Shown here: positions 8,825 through 17,178 of the stretch, in pieces
How positions within the stretch are numbered: position 1 is the first letter of the stretch
Layout of the letters: each line of letters starts with the position of its first letter
NCBI GenBank assembly: GCA_041167505.1
Contig: JBEEHR010000023.1
Location: forward strand, 21,214-85,213
Reading direction: 5' to 3'
From: Verrucomicrobiota bacterium
Lineage (GTDB): Bacteria; Verrucomicrobiota; Verrucomicrobiia; Chthoniobacterales; UBA10450
DNA: 64,000 nucleotides
The notes under the pieces: model-generated
What the model saw: only the letters and a program-made list of their open reading frames with translations
The model's database searches: none
What the model was told of the DNA's origin: nothing
Translations under genes and position numbers: made by a program

Positions 8825-9625
8825 TTACCAGCTTCCGCTTGAACCGCCGCCACCGAAACTACCGCCGCCGCCGCTAAATCCACTGAACCCGCCACCGGAG
8901 GACGAAGAGGAAGAACTGGAACCGCTCGACCAGCCACTACCCCAGCCGCTGCTGACGAAAGGTCCGCCCAGGCCGGTATAACCGTAGCCGCCCTTCCGTC
9001 GTCCGAGCCGGATGATCACCAGCACGACGATCAGCATGACGAGGAATCCCAGCGGGCCGCAGCCGCTGGATGCGCCGGACGTTCGTCGCTTTTCGAGCGC
9101 CGTCTCGCCATCTCCCCTGTATTCGCCGCGGATCGCCTTGCAGATGAGATCGATTCCTTCCTCCAATCCACCCTCGTAATCGCCGTTCTTAAAATGTGGG
9201 TTTATGTGACGGGAGCGAATGTCGAACGCGGTCACGTCGGGCAACGTGCCTTCCAATCCATAGCCAACCTGGATCGACATTTTGCGATCATCGATAAAGA
9301 CCAGGAGGACGACGCCGTTCCCTCCGCTCTGGGATTTCTGGCCGACGCCCCACGCCTGTGCGATTCGCTGGGCGTAATCCTCGATCGAGGAGTCGCTCTG
9401 CATTTTCCGAAACACCGCCACGAGCACCTGGTTCGATGTCTCGCGTTCGAACTGCGCGAGCTTTTCGTTCAGCACGCGCGCTTTCTCCTTCGAAACGACG
9501 TTCGCGTAGTCGTTGAAATACGCGGGCGGCTTCGGCGGAACGACTTCGGCGGCGGATGCAGCTTCGGCGGCGAGAACAACGCAGAAAAGAATAGGTCCTA
9601 GAAACCGCCGCCGAAGAAATCCCAA
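8825..9625 (-). CDS. TPM domain protein with signal peptide, C-terminal TM helix and Gly/Ser-rich tail (YgcG-like)
   Basis: TPM core (NQVLVAVF...GNGVVLLVFIDDRKMSIQVGYGLEG), TM helix LGFLVMLIVVLVII, and a GS-rich tail. There is no in-frame ATG upstream of the signal peptide. My best candidate is the TTG at 9625, inside the repeat arm, so the start is uncertain. The 481-aa ORF maximum overlaps lemA and is rejected. Confidence 0.6.
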   Translation of the reverse strand: MGFLRRRFLGPILFCVVLAAEAASAAEVVPPKPPAYFNDYANVVSKEKARVLNEKLAQFERETSNQVLVAVFRKMQSDSSIEDYAQRIAQAWGVGQKSQSGGNGVVLLVFIDDRKMSIQVGYGLEGTLPDVTAFDIRSRHINPHFKNGDYEGGLEEGIDLICKAIRGEYRGDGETALEKRRTSGASSGCGPLGFLVMLIVVLVIIRLGRRKGGYGYTGLGGPFVSSGWGSGWSSGSSSSSSSSGGGFSGFSGGGGSFGGGGSSGSW

Positions 9626-9749
9626 ACCCCAAGCTCCAAATCCCAAGGAAGCACCAAGCACCAAGCTCCAAGAGCGATTGCGCACGACAGTATTGGGATT
9701 TGGAATTGGGAGTTTCTTTGGAGCTTGGGGCTTGGGATTTGGAGCTTCC
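9617..9749. repeat. low-complexity palindromic element, CCAAGCTCCAAA word family
   Basis: The left arm is built from CCAAG/CTCCAAA words and the right arm from TTGGAG/CTTGGG words. It is homologous to 46303-46439 in the same orientation. It lies inside the LemA-TPM operon. Confidence 0.7.
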
Positions 9750-9756
9750 CGCGCCG

Positions 9757-10383
9757 CTACGGAGTAGCGGCCGGGCTCGGTTTGTTGAAGTCGAATTTCA
9801 CTTCCGGCGCTTTCTCGGCGCCGGGCGCGGCAGTGAAGAAGGGGCGCGCCTTGAAGCCAAACATTTTGTTCAACATGTTGGTCGGGAACCGCTCCAGCGC
9901 GGTGTTGTACTCCTGCACCGCCGTGTTGAAATTGTTTCGCTCCACCGAGATTCGGTTCTCCGTCCCCTCGAGTTGTGCTTGTAATCCTTGGAAACTCGCA
10001 GTCGCGCGGAGCTGTGGATAATTTTCGCTCACTACCAGCAGCCGCGACAACGCCGTGCTCAATTGCCCTTGGGCCTGTTGGAATTTTTCCAGCTCGGCGG
10101 CATCGGTCGGCGCCTTGCTTGGATCGAGCTTCACCTGGCCGACGCTGGCCCGCGCGTTGGTCACTTCCGTGAGCGTCGATTTCTCGAAATTCGCCGCGCC
10201 GGCCACCGTGCTGACGAGGTTCGGGATCAGGTCGGCGCGTCGTTGGTAAACCGACTGCACATCGGCCCATTTCTTGTTCACGGTCTGTTCGAGGGTGACG
10301 AGCCGGTTATAGGTGCCGCAGCCCGTCAGGCTGAACAACGAGACCAGCAGCAGGAGTTTACCGAATCCGAGAGATGTTTTCAT
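9757..10383 (-). CDS. lemA: LemA family protein
   Basis: N-terminal lipoprotein-like anchor (LTGCGTYN) and the LemA core (YNRLV.LEQ.V...WADVQSVYQRRADLIPNLV). Confidence 0.9.
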   Translation of the reverse strand: MKTSLGFGKLLLLVSLFSLTGCGTYNRLVTLEQTVNKKWADVQSVYQRRADLIPNLVSTVAGAANFEKSTLTEVTNARASVGQVKLDPSKAPTDAAELEKFQQAQGQLSTALSRLLVVSENYPQLRATASFQGLQAQLEGTENRISVERNNFNTAVQEYNTALERFPTNMLNKMFGFKARPFFTAAPGAEKAPEVKFDFNKPSPAATP

Positions 10384-10434
10384 AGGCAGGCGCGCAGTCC
10401 CGCGCGGAGAAGCGTCGTCAATGTAAACGCCAAG

Positions 10435-11070
10435 TCAATCCTGCGCCGGGGCCGGTTCGGCCGGCGCGGGTTCTGTCGGCGCGTCCGCCTCTTTTCGCGG
10501 CGCCGTCGGAAGGTAACGCGTGCGCAATTCCACCGCGTTCGGGAGTTCGTCGAGATCGCGTAATCCGAAGTGTTCGAGAAAAAACTGGGTGGTTTCATAC
10601 AGGAGCGGACGACCCGGCACTTCCGCTCGCCCACCGATCTTCACCAGGCCGCGCTCCATCAGATTTTGGAGCACACCGTCCACCGCCACGCCGCGCACAG
10701 CCTCGACATCCGCGCGCGTGATCGGCTGGCGATAGGCGATGATGGCAAGCGTTTCCAGGGACGGTGGCGTGAGCCGCGCCGGCTTCACAGCGGGAAATAA
10801 CTGGCGAACCCAGGGCGCGTAAGCCGGATCACTGACCAGTTGCCAGCCCTCCGCCTTTTCGGTCAGCTGGAACGCGCGGCCTTGCTGGACGTATTCGATC
10901 TTCAATTGCTCCAGCGCCGCAGCGACCTGTGCCTCGGTCGTCTTTGCAAATTCGTTAGGCATGAGTTCGTCTTCGCCGCCCGCGCCTTTGATAGCACTCA
11001 CCAGCTCGCGCGCAGTGAGCGGTTTTTGCGCGGCGAATAACAGCGCTTCGATGACCTGGCTGAGACTCAT
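10435..11070 (-). CDS. scpB: SMC-Scp complex subunit ScpB
   Basis: MSLSQVIEALLFAAQKPLTARELV and later ETLAIIAYRQPITRADVEAVRGV are typical ScpB winged helices. The start at 11070 avoids overlap with glmM. Confidence 0.85.
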   Translation of the reverse strand: MSLSQVIEALLFAAQKPLTARELVSAIKGAGGEDELMPNEFAKTTEAQVAAALEQLKIEYVQQGRAFQLTEKAEGWQLVSDPAYAPWVRQLFPAVKPARLTPPSLETLAIIAYRQPITRADVEAVRGVAVDGVLQNLMERGLVKIGGRAEVPGRPLLYETTQFFLEHFGLRDLDELPNAVELRTRYLPTAPRKEADAPTEPAPAEPAPAQD

Positions 11071-11093
11071 ATGTCCTATACGACTTATACGAC

Positions 11094-12476
11094 CTATATC
11101 CCGATCGCGCTCTGAATCGCTTCCGCGATCCCGTTTGCGTGGCGGTCGATTTGTTCCAGCTCGCGGCCTTCGATGAGCAACCGGATCTTCGGCTCCGTTC
11201 CCGAATAGCGGAGCAGCACCCGCCCTTTCCCGGAAAGCTCTTTCTCCGCCTCGCCCACCAGCTTCATCACCGCGGGCAGTTCTTCGAGCGGCCGCTTTTC
11301 CTTCACCCGCAGGTTCCGTTGCGCCTGTGGATATTTTTTCAGGCATTGCTTCAGTTCGCTCAACGGCTTCCCGGTCGACTGCATGATTTGCAAAACCTGA
11401 AGCGCGCTGATGATCCCGTCGCCGGTCGTCGTGAAATCCCGGAAGATCATGTGGCCGCTTTGTTCGCCACCGAGGTTCAGGTTTCGCTCCACCATTTCCT
11501 CGATGACATAACGGTCGCCGACTTTCGCGCGGATGACCTTCCCGCCGAGCGAACCAAGCGCCTCATCGAGCCCGAAGTTGCTCATGACGGTGGCGACGAG
11601 CGTTTGCTCGGCGAGCCGGCCTGATTTCAAAAGATCGACGGCCGCGATCGCGAGAATCTCGTCGCCATCGACCAGCTCTCCTTTTTCGTCGCAAAGCAAA
11701 ACCCGATCGGCATCGCCATCATGCGTGATCCCGATTCGCGCACCCGTTTTCTTGACGGCACGTTGAATCTCCGCGGGGTAAGTGCTGCCGCACTCCGCGT
11801 TGATGTTGGTTCCGTTCGGCTCGTCGTGAAACACCGTCACGTCCGCGCCCAGCTCGCGCAGAATGCACGGCGTCGATTTGTAAGCAGCGCCATTCGCCAC
11901 ATCGACAGCGATGCGCATTTTCTCGAGCGACATCTTTCTCGGGAAACTTGCCTTGGCGAATTCCACATAGCGGCCGAGCGCGTCATCGATCCGGCGCGCT
12001 CGCCCGATCTTTCCCGCCGTCGGCCGGATCGAATCAATCTCGCCGCTGAAGACCAGGTCCTCGATCTGTTGCTCCACCTGGTCGTCGAGCTTGTAGCCGT
12101 CGTGCCGGAAAAACTTAATGCCGTTGTCTTCGTACGGATTGTGCGAAGCGGAGAGAACGATGCCGGCATCCGCGCGCAACGACCGCGTGATGTAGGCCAC
12201 GCCGGGCGTCGGCAGCGGTCCGATCAGCAGCACGTCTACGCCAAGTGAAGTGATGCCGGCCACGAGCGCGTTCTCGAGCATGTAACCGGAAAGACGCGTG
12301 TCTTTGCCGAGAACGATTTTCGGCCGCGCGCCACTCGGATGCTCGCGCGGATTCAGTTTCGTGAAAATGTGCGCAGCCGCGCGACCGAGCTTAAGCGCGG
12401 TCTCCGCCGTCACCGGCTCGACGTTCGCCACGCCGCGTACGCCGTCCGTCCCGAAAATTTTCTTTTCCTGCGCCAC
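11094..12476 (-). CDS. glmM: phosphoglucosamine mutase
   Basis: FGTDGVRG N-terminus and the phosphoserine loop SASHNPYEDNGIKFF. I prefer the GTG at 12476, giving (M)AQEKKIFGTDG, because the longer ORF to 12554 runs into the repeat element. Confidence 0.88.
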   Translation of the reverse strand: MAQEKKIFGTDGVRGVANVEPVTAETALKLGRAAAHIFTKLNPREHPSGARPKIVLGKDTRLSGYMLENALVAGITSLGVDVLLIGPLPTPGVAYITRSLRADAGIVLSASHNPYEDNGIKFFRHDGYKLDDQVEQQIEDLVFSGEIDSIRPTAGKIGRARRIDDALGRYVEFAKASFPRKMSLEKMRIAVDVANGAAYKSTPCILRELGADVTVFHDEPNGTNINAECGSTYPAEIQRAVKKTGARIGITHDGDADRVLLCDEKGELVDGDEILAIAAVDLLKSGRLAEQTLVATVMSNFGLDEALGSLGGKVIRAKVGDRYVIEEMVERNLNLGGEQSGHMIFRDFTTTGDGIISALQVLQIMQSTGKPLSELKQCLKKYPQAQRNLRVKEKRPLEELPAVMKLVGEAEKELSGKGRVLLRYSGTEPKIRLLIEGRELEQIDRHANGIAEAIQSAIGI

Positions 12477-12525
12477 GTTGCCTATTGAAAGGCCAGTCAC
12501 GCTATCCGTAAACGGGAAACTGCTT

Positions 12526-12600
12526 CTGTAGCGGCGGTCTGTGACCGCCGGCAACGTTGAACACGTCGCGATGATCGGCGGTCATAGACCGCCGCTACGG
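12526..12600. repeat. palindromic element, CTGTAGC(G/C)GC family
   Basis: CTGTAGCGGCGGTCT / AGACCGCCGCTACGG termini pair 14/15. Two inner GGCGGTC-NNN-GACCGCC hairpins. It contains the stop codon of the sigma-54 activator. Confidence 0.65.
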
Positions 12601-13992
12601 TGAAGATTCCCCCGCCGCTTTCATTTCGTTGATCTTCCGATGCAACGTTCGCCGGCTGATCCCGAGCTTCTTGGCGGCTTTCGTGATGTTCCCGTTCGTC
12701 GTTGCCAGCGCCTGCATAATGAGGCGCTTCTCGGTCTCGTGCAGATCGAGCGCACTCGATTTTTCACCGAACGCTTTCGCCGGTGTAATGCCGCCGGGCA
12801 GTTCCGCTCCCGTCGCGGCGCGGACGTTCGGCGGCAGATCGCGCAGCGTCAGCTTCGTCCCGCGCGCCATCACCACGCCGTGCTCGATTGCCGTCCGCAA
12901 TTCGCGCACGTTGCCCGGCCAGCTGTAGGTAAGGAGCGCGTTCGTCGCGTCGGCCGTGAGTTCAAGCAGCGGCTTCTCGTTCACCTTGCAGAAGTGGCGG
13001 AGAAAGCTGCGCACCAGTAGCGGAATGTCTTCCTTCCGCTCGCGTAACGGCGGCATCGTGACGTGCACCACGTTGAGGCGGAAATAGAGGTCGTCCCGGA
13101 ATTTCCCCTCGGCCACCAGCTTCTCCAGGTTCTTGTTCGTTGCCGCGATCAGGCGAACGTCCGCGCGCAAGGGCTGGTTCCCGCCCACGCGTTCGAAGGC
13201 GCGCTCTTCACTGATCACGCGGAGCAATTTCACCTGCGTGCTCGCGTCGATCTCGCCGATCTCATCGAGGAAAATCGTGCCGCCGTTCGCCTGCTCGAAC
13301 CGCCCGATGCGACGTTCGTGCGCGCCGGTAAATGCGCCCCGCTCGTGGCCGAACAGCTCGCTCTCGAGTAATTGCGGCGAGAGCGCCGCGCAATGGACCG
13401 TGACGAACTTCGCCTTGTTCCGCCGGCTCAGGTTATGGATTGCCTGCGCCGCCAGTTCCTTGCCTGTCCCGCTTTCGCCTTCGATCAGCACATTTGCCGA
13501 TGAGGGCGCGACCTGGCGGATGGTGTCGAGCACTTCATGCAACGCCGGCGATTCGCCGATGATGTTCTCCAGCCCGTAACGTTCATCAACCTGCTGGCGC
13601 AAGGTTCGATTCTCCTGCTCCATTTTCCGGCTGGCGAGCGCGCGGGCGATGAGCATCTCCACCTTGTCGAGGTTCAGCGGCTTGGTGACGAAATCGTAGG
13701 CGCCGCGCTTCATCGCTTCGACCGCGGTATCGACCGAGCCGTAGGCCGTCATCATGATGCAGATCGGCGGATGCGGCAGTTTTAATGCGCGTTCGATCAA
13801 CCCCATGCCGTCATCGCCGCCCAGGCGAAGATCGGTGAGCATCACATCGATCGGCTCCCGCTCGAGCACATCCATCGCGCCTCGAATATCCTCCGCGACG
13901 TAGGTGTCGTATTCGTCTTCGAGCAAACGCCGCAATCCGTCTCGCGTGTGCTTCTCGTCGTCGACGATCAGGATGGTGGGCTGAGGAGCCAT
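12595..13992 (-). CDS. sigma-54-dependent response regulator (NtrC family: REC + AAA+ + Fis-type HTH)
   Basis: REC domain (ILIVDDE...DLRLGGDDG), Walker A GESGTGKE, the GAFTGA sigma-54 contact loop, and a C-terminal HTH (KAAKKLGISRRTLHRKI). Confidence 0.92.
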   Translation of the reverse strand: MAPQPTILIVDDEKHTRDGLRRLLEDEYDTYVAEDIRGAMDVLEREPIDVMLTDLRLGGDDGMGLIERALKLPHPPICIMMTAYGSVDTAVEAMKRGAYDFVTKPLNLDKVEMLIARALASRKMEQENRTLRQQVDERYGLENIIGESPALHEVLDTIRQVAPSSANVLIEGESGTGKELAAQAIHNLSRRNKAKFVTVHCAALSPQLLESELFGHERGAFTGAHERRIGRFEQANGGTIFLDEIGEIDASTQVKLLRVISEERAFERVGGNQPLRADVRLIAATNKNLEKLVAEGKFRDDLYFRLNVVHVTMPPLRERKEDIPLLVRSFLRHFCKVNEKPLLELTADATNALLTYSWPGNVRELRTAIEHGVVMARGTKLTLRDLPPNVRAATGAELPGGITPAKAFGEKSSALDLHETEKRLIMQALATTNGNITKAAKKLGISRRTLHRKINEMKAAGESSP

Positions 13993-14005
13993 TTAGTGTA
14001 GTGGT

Positions 14006-14113
14006 GTCATCCCGAGGCTAGCGAAGCACGCCGAGGGACCCCGCAGTCGTAGGAACCGCTTTCGCGAAAGTCTTAGTGTGGCGCGCTGATGACGTCGAAT
14101 GCCTCGGGATGAC
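14006..14113. repeat. hairpin element, GTCATCCCGAGGC..CGCCGAGGGACC family
   Basis: The left arm GTCATCCCGAGGCTAGCGAAGCACGCCGAGGGACC is homologous to 6403-6437. The outer 13 nt pair with GCCTCGGGATGAC at 14101-14113. Confidence 0.6.
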
Positions 14114-14135
14114 GCGCGCTGCGACACGGCTCGTG

Positions 14136-16226
14136 TCATTTCGCGCCGGTCCACTGATCGACCCAGTCGTTCACGGTCTTGTACCAGAGCCGCGAGTTCT
14201 GCGGCTTCGAGACCCAGTGGCCTTCGTCGGGGAAGTACAACATATTCGAAGGCACGTTCAATCGTTGCAGCGTCGTGAAAAGCTGGAAGCCTTCGCTGAC
14301 ATCGAGCCGGAAATCGAGCTGCCCGTGCACCACCAGTGTCGGCGTTTTGAATTTGTCGGCGAACAAATGCGGCGACCATTTCCGGTAAAGCTCGCGGTTC
14401 TTCCAGGGCGGTCCCTTGAATTCCCACTCGTTGAACCAAAGCTCTTCGGTGGTTCCGTAGGCCGACTCGGTATTAAAGACGCCGTCGTGCGAGACGATGC
14501 ACTTGAAGCGATCGGTATGGCCGAGCACCCAGTTCGCCATGTAACCGCCGTAGCTCGCGCCCATCGCCGCCTCGCGGTTCTTGTCGATGAAGGGATACGT
14601 TTTCTCCACGTAATCGAGGCCTTTCATTAAATCGTCATACGGCTTTCCGCCCCAATCGCCGCTGATCGAGTCGGTGAACTTTTGTCCGTAGCCGGTCGAG
14701 CCGTGGAAGTTGATCATGACGACGACGTAGCCACTGGCCGCGAAGAGCTGGGCGTTCCACCGATACGTCCACGAATTTCCCCAAGCCCCCTGCGGCCCGC
14801 CGTGGATCAAAAACTTTAGCGGATATTTTTTCGATGAGTCGAACCCCGGCGGCCGGAGGATGAAGCCTTCAACTGCCTCGTTGTTTGCGCCAGGGAATTG
14901 GAACGATTCCATCGGCTGCATGTCGACCTGCGAGAGCAACGCGTCGTTCATGTGGGTCACGGCGATTGGAGTCAGGTTTGCGCTCTTCGGCTTATCCGCG
15001 ACATCGAGGCGGGCGATCTCGCTCGGCGCGCCGATCGAGACGCGACTAAAAAAGAGCGAGTTCCCGTCCTTCGAGAAAACGAGATCGTCCGCATGAAGCC
15101 GCGCGACTTGCTTCGGTTGTTTGCCGTCCATCAACAACACCCAGATGGGCGCTTCGCCGTGATCCTCAGCCGTGAAACAAATCCCTTTAGAATCGGGCGT
15201 CCACGCCATGCTGCCGACCGAGCGATCGAAATTGATCGTCGCGTTCCGGCTCTGCCCGACTTTGCGCTGATAGAGGATGAGCGACTCCTTGTCCGCTTCG
15301 AACCCGGCGCGGGCCATCGAGCGCCACGCGATGTATTCCCCATCGGGCGAATAGAGCGGTGTGTTGTCGTTCCCCGGGCTCATCGAGATCTTCTTAGGGG
15401 TGCCGCCAGCCATCGGAACGAGAAATATTTCGTTATTCGTGCTGGTCGCTTCGACTTCGTCGACATTGCTCGTGTAGGCGAGTTCCAGTCCGTCGGGCGA
15501 AACCGAATACAGGTCCTGGCCGCCGAGATTAAAGGGCGGCACGTCGTGATCGCCGGGCGTGAGGTCGCGGGCCGCCTCGTTCCCGTCCGCGCTCACCGCG
15601 AACAAATGGCTCCGCTTGTGTTCCGTGTAGGAAGTCCAATGCCGGTAGAGCAGCTTCGTGAAGATCTTCGCCTTCACCTTGCTCTTACCCAGCTCGTCGT
15701 CGCGCTTCTTGTTTTCCGCGTCGTCTTTCGCCTCCGGATAAACCGAAGAGAGGAACACGATGCTCTTTCCGTCCGGCGACCAGATGCCGCCGTCCGCTCC
15801 CGTGGAAATGTTCGTGACCTGATGCGGCTGGCCGTCGAGACCGCCACTCTCCGGCGTAAAGTTGGACATCCAGATTTGGGTGGGGTCGGTCGCTTTCGAA
15901 ACCCAGGTCAGGCGTTTGCCGTCCGGCGAAAACCGCGGGCGCTCTTCGTGGTTCGGCGTCTGGTTCAACCGCCGCGCGTCTCCGCCCGCCGCCGGCACGA
16001 TCCAGAGATGCGAGACCTTGGTGTTCGCTTCCAGATCGACATCGACCGCATCGAACACAACCCATTTCCCATCCGGCGACGGCACCGCCGCACCGACCCG
16101 CTTCAGTTTCATCATGTCCTCGAACGTGAATGGGTGCTTCGCCGTCGTGCTTGTAGCCGGTGTCGGCGTTTGGGCGGTTGCCGAACTCGCGATCGCGAAA
16201 CAAAGAATCAGGATTTTCCAATGCAT
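14136..16226 (-). CDS. S9 family serine peptidase with N-terminal beta-propeller (second copy)
   Basis: GASYGGYMANW nucleophile elbow and SPDGK repeats. The start is at the MHWKILILCFAIASSATA signal peptide (16226). Confidence 0.85.
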   Translation of the reverse strand: MHWKILILCFAIASSATAQTPTPATSTTAKHPFTFEDMMKLKRVGAAVPSPDGKWVVFDAVDVDLEANTKVSHLWIVPAAGGDARRLNQTPNHEERPRFSPDGKRLTWVSKATDPTQIWMSNFTPESGGLDGQPHQVTNISTGADGGIWSPDGKSIVFLSSVYPEAKDDAENKKRDDELGKSKVKAKIFTKLLYRHWTSYTEHKRSHLFAVSADGNEAARDLTPGDHDVPPFNLGGQDLYSVSPDGLELAYTSNVDEVEATSTNNEIFLVPMAGGTPKKISMSPGNDNTPLYSPDGEYIAWRSMARAGFEADKESLILYQRKVGQSRNATINFDRSVGSMAWTPDSKGICFTAEDHGEAPIWVLLMDGKQPKQVARLHADDLVFSKDGNSLFFSRVSIGAPSEIARLDVADKPKSANLTPIAVTHMNDALLSQVDMQPMESFQFPGANNEAVEGFILRPPGFDSSKKYPLKFLIHGGPQGAWGNSWTYRWNAQLFAASGYVVVMINFHGSTGYGQKFTDSISGDWGGKPYDDLMKGLDYVEKTYPFIDKNREAAMGASYGGYMANWVLGHTDRFKCIVSHDGVFNTESAYGTTEELWFNEWEFKGPPWKNRELYRKWSPHLFADKFKTPTLVVHGQLDFRLDVSEGFQLFTTLQRLNVPSNMLYFPDEGHWVSKPQNSRLWYKTVNDWVDQWTGAK

Positions 16227-16323
16227 AGGTGTGTCTCCGCTGAATGCGCAAACTCCCGCCGAACCCGCCTCCATGCAAACCCACCCTGATCCGCCATTGG
16301 CCCGTCGGCGGTTACACTGTTTG

Positions 16324-17025
16324 CTAATACTTGAATCTTAACCTCAGGACACCCCAGACAGCTTCCCGCATCACACGCCAGCCCAGTTTCGACTGGCCGT
16401 GCTTTCGCTCGACAAAGATAATGGGTGTCTCCGCGGACCGGAGACCTTTGCGGTACGCCTTGTATTTCATCTCCACGAGGAACACGTAACCGATCGAAAA
16501 TACGTCGTCGAAACCGATCGATTCGAGGGCGGCCCGGCGCCAGCAGATAAATCCACTGGTCGGATCGCTCAAGGGCATTCCAGTAATTAAGCGCACGTAA
16601 TTGGAAGCGAGCTTGCTCAGGACAAGGCGCTTCAAATTCCAGTTCACGACGCTAATCCCCTGGAGATACCGCGAACCGACCACCAGGTCATGATTGCCGA
16701 TCGCCTCAAGGAATCGCGGCAGATAGAGCGGATCATGCGAAAGATCGGCATCCATCTGGAGAATGTATTCATAGTCTTTCTTAAGGACCTGCGTGAAAGC
16801 GGCGACATAGGCCTTTCCCAGGCCTTCTTTCTTTTGCCGATGAAGGACGAAAAGTCTTTCCGGATCTTGTCGGGCTAGCTCGTCCGCTAATTCGCCCGTG
16901 CCGTCCGGCGAATTGTCGTCGACGATGAGCATGTGCAGGGCAGGCGCAAACTGGCGAATCTTCTCGACCAGCTCGGCCAGGTTGGCCCGCTCATTGAAGG
17001 TTGGGATGAGAACGATGGCCCGCAT
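16324..17025 (-). CDS. GT2 polyprenol/dolichol-phosphate mannosyltransferase-like glycosyltransferase
   Basis: LIPTFNE...IVDDNSPDGT...MDADLSHDP matches the Dpm1/Ppm1-type GT2 pattern. Confidence 0.82.
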   Translation of the reverse strand: MRAIVLIPTFNERANLAELVEKIRQFAPALHMLIVDDNSPDGTGELADELARQDPERLFVLHRQKKEGLGKAYVAAFTQVLKKDYEYILQMDADLSHDPLYLPRFLEAIGNHDLVVGSRYLQGISVVNWNLKRLVLSKLASNYVRLITGMPLSDPTSGFICWRRAALESIGFDDVFSIGYVFLVEMKYKAYRKGLRSAETPIIFVERKHGQSKLGWRVMREAVWGVLRLRFKY

Positions 17026-17178
17026 TTAGGACGATCTCTTTATCGACACAAGAAGCCGAGGTTAGTCTCGTGGGCGATAAACGTAAATTGAGTTCCGATG
17101 ACCGCTTCGGGAACACGGGCGCGGCGATCGATCTTTCTATTCGCCCCGGCTTTGGTAAAAAAGGGCGATCCACTTTCT

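Noticed and set aside
8825-10270. ORF maxima with long N-terminal extensions. Examples are 8825..10270, 10435..11346, 11094..12554, 26048..26563, 42628..44409, 28726..29916, 56074..57384, 24077..26038 and 2069..4204.
   Set aside because: The extensions overlap neighbouring genes or run through repeat elements, and they translate to low-complexity sequence. Internal starts yield canonical N-termini or signal peptides.
11071-11093. TATACGAC tandem duplication in the 23-nt glmM-scpB spacer as a regulatory site
   Set aside because: There are only two short copies in a tiny spacer, with no palindrome and no similar sequence elsewhere in the window. I cannot support any function.
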